Assembly (NCBI RefSeq): GCF_028641065.1 | Contig: NC_073399.1 | Location: 27,218,001 to 27,282,000, forward strand | Source of the DNA: Leucoraja erinacea | Lineage: Eukaryota | Direction of reading: 5' to 3' | DNA: 64,000 nucleotides | In this document: positions 62,338 through 64,000 of the stretch, in pieces | Layout: each line of letters begins with the position of its first letter | Numbering within the stretch: the first letter of the stretch is position 1 | The notes under the pieces: generated by a model | Databases searched by the model: none | Seen by the model: only the letters and a program-made list of their open reading frames with translations | Told to the model about the DNA's origin: nothing | Position numbers and translations under genes: made by a program

Positions 62338-63483
62338 GTAATGGGGAGACCAGAACTGCATGTAATACTTCAAATGCTTCCTAACTAACGCCCTATAAAG
62401 CTGCATCATGACTTCCTGACTCAATGCCTCGACCAATGAAGAGAAGTGTACCACACATTTTCTTTACCACCCTATCTGCTTGCGTTGCTACTTCCAGGGA
62501 GTTATGGACCAGCATCCCAGAAACCCTCTGTTCACCAATGTTTAAAGGGTCTTGCCATGAATTGTATATTTTCCTCTTACATGTGATAAAGTAATCATTT
62601 GTATAAAGAGATGCCAGAGTGAGAATATTCTTTTAATAAAATCAGCAAACGATTGTTCCAGAATAGACATACTTTAAAGTAATTCACCTCATCGTTTTCT
62701 ATGCTGGTGAATACGATGTTAGCATTCAACCTTGCAAATTAATCTGATAAATAACCTTACAGAGGACAAAGAGGTGAACTAATGCTAATTTAGTTGACTG
62801 ATTAATCCACACGTATGGAAGCACAGTAAGAATTATTCAAGAAGTCGGTGGCGTTGAACCTCTTGAATACAACCTGTGATTACCACTTTTTTATTATAGA
62901 TTTTTTTCTAACGCTCTCCAGAAGTGGCCCTTTCTAATGATAGCTATCTTAAAAGCAATGAGCAAACATCACCTTAAAAAAAACACAATTTTGCTCGCCA
63001 CTTTCCTCCTTTCCATGTTTAAATGCCATTACTGTTAATGTTCCAATCATTTTGATTAATATTTCTGTCAGATCATACACTAAGAGCATTTTGCAAAGGA
63101 GAAAATTGATGATTGTGTCTCTCATTTCCTGATAGTGCCATTTATATTCCCTGTTATTTTCCCAAGAGACTATACTTGCAATCAACCGATTCGTATATCT
63201 TTGGTCAATTAAGGGAAAAGGCTATCAAAAGATCAAGTAAGACTTTTGATCAGCAATAGAACTCAAGGTCTCTCCGGCAGTCATCATCCCTCTCCTTTGG
63301 GGATCTAGATGTCTATTGATGGGCATCACAAAGCATTGGAGAGATGCCATCAATGTCACCTCTGCAAAATTCTTCCAATTTACTGGAAGGAGGAACTGGC
63401 TGTGATTTCTTTCTCCCCACCCCCCACCCCAGCTTTGATCCATATACAACCAGCCACTCAAAAGAAACTCCCTGTTCCAAAGC

Positions 63484-64000
63484 TCCATCGCAGGTAACAG
63501 ACGACTGACCAACATCTACTATAAACCCACTGACTCCCATGGCTATCTGGACTACACTTCTTCCCACCCTGCTTCCTGTAAGGACTCTATCCCCTACTCC
63601 CAATTCCTCCGTCTACGCCACATCTGCACCCAGGGCATCGGAGATGTCCTTATTCTTTAGGGAACGGGGGTTCCCCCCTTCGACTAGCTCTCACCAGGGT
63701 CTCTTCTATACCCCGTAACTCTGCTCTCACTCCCCATCCCCCCCCACTCGTAACAAGGGCAGAGTCCCCCTTGTCCTCACCTTCCACCCTACCAGCTGTA
63801 ACACACAACAGATAATCCTCCGACATTTTCACCACCTTCAACAGCATCCCACCACTGGCCACATCTTCCCTTCTCCTCCCCTTTCAGCTCTCCGCAGAGA
63901 CTGCTCCCTCCATAACTCCCTGGTCAATTTGTCCCTTCCCACCCAAACCACCCCCTCCCCTGGTACTTTCCCCTGCAACCGCAGGAAATGCTACACTTCA
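63484..64000 (+). mobile_element. Penelope-like retroelement (Neptune-type) fragment: RT C-terminus and Cys-rich linker, running off the window
   Basis: Manual translation gives TNIYYKPTDSHGYLDYTSSHPASCKDSIPYSQFLRLRHICT (typical PLE RT thumb region), then PLVLTFHP and GTFPCNRRKCYT. Frames are disrupted. Confidence 0.85.

Noticed and set aside
62688-62755. Minus-strand exon-like segment (ttgtcctctgtaag|...gag|gtgaat)
   Set aside because: All three frames contain stops and there is no homology I recognise. It could be non-coding but is unsupported.
54265-64000. Expected convergent neighbour BTBD17 (adjacent to KIF19 in human, from memory)
   Set aside because: No BTB/BACK-like coding sequence is recognisable on the minus strand within the window.

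Overview
Eukaryotic genomic DNA, most likely from a cartilaginous fish (skate/ray-like; inferred only from the repeat complement). The window holds almost the whole + strand gene for the kinesin-8 motor KIF19. I traced 18 GT-AG coding exons from 3312 to the TAA at 54262-54264 (2,976 nt including the stop, 991 aa, phases consistent at every junction). They correspond to human coding exons ~3-20, and the first ~40 codons lie upstream of the window. A candidate extra 105-nt symmetric cassette exon sits at 50661-50765. Introns are dense with CR1 and Rex1/Babar LINE fragments, tRNA-derived SINEs, PIF/Harbinger-type MITEs and short palindromic repeats with hammerhead-ribozyme-like cores. The most notable non-genic structures are: two related non-autonomous Helitrons (a four-copy head-to-tail array at 20140-22356 and a minisatellite-filled 2.26-kb copy at 59069-61328) with A|TC...CTAG|T ends and covarying 3' hairpins; a coding exon clamped between two convergent CR1 3' ends that supply parts of its splice signals; and a Penelope-like RT fragment at the right edge. 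There is one assembly gap (2712-2910). No prokaryotic system, CRISPR array, rRNA or true tRNA gene is present. All family assignments are from reading the sequence, not from database searches.
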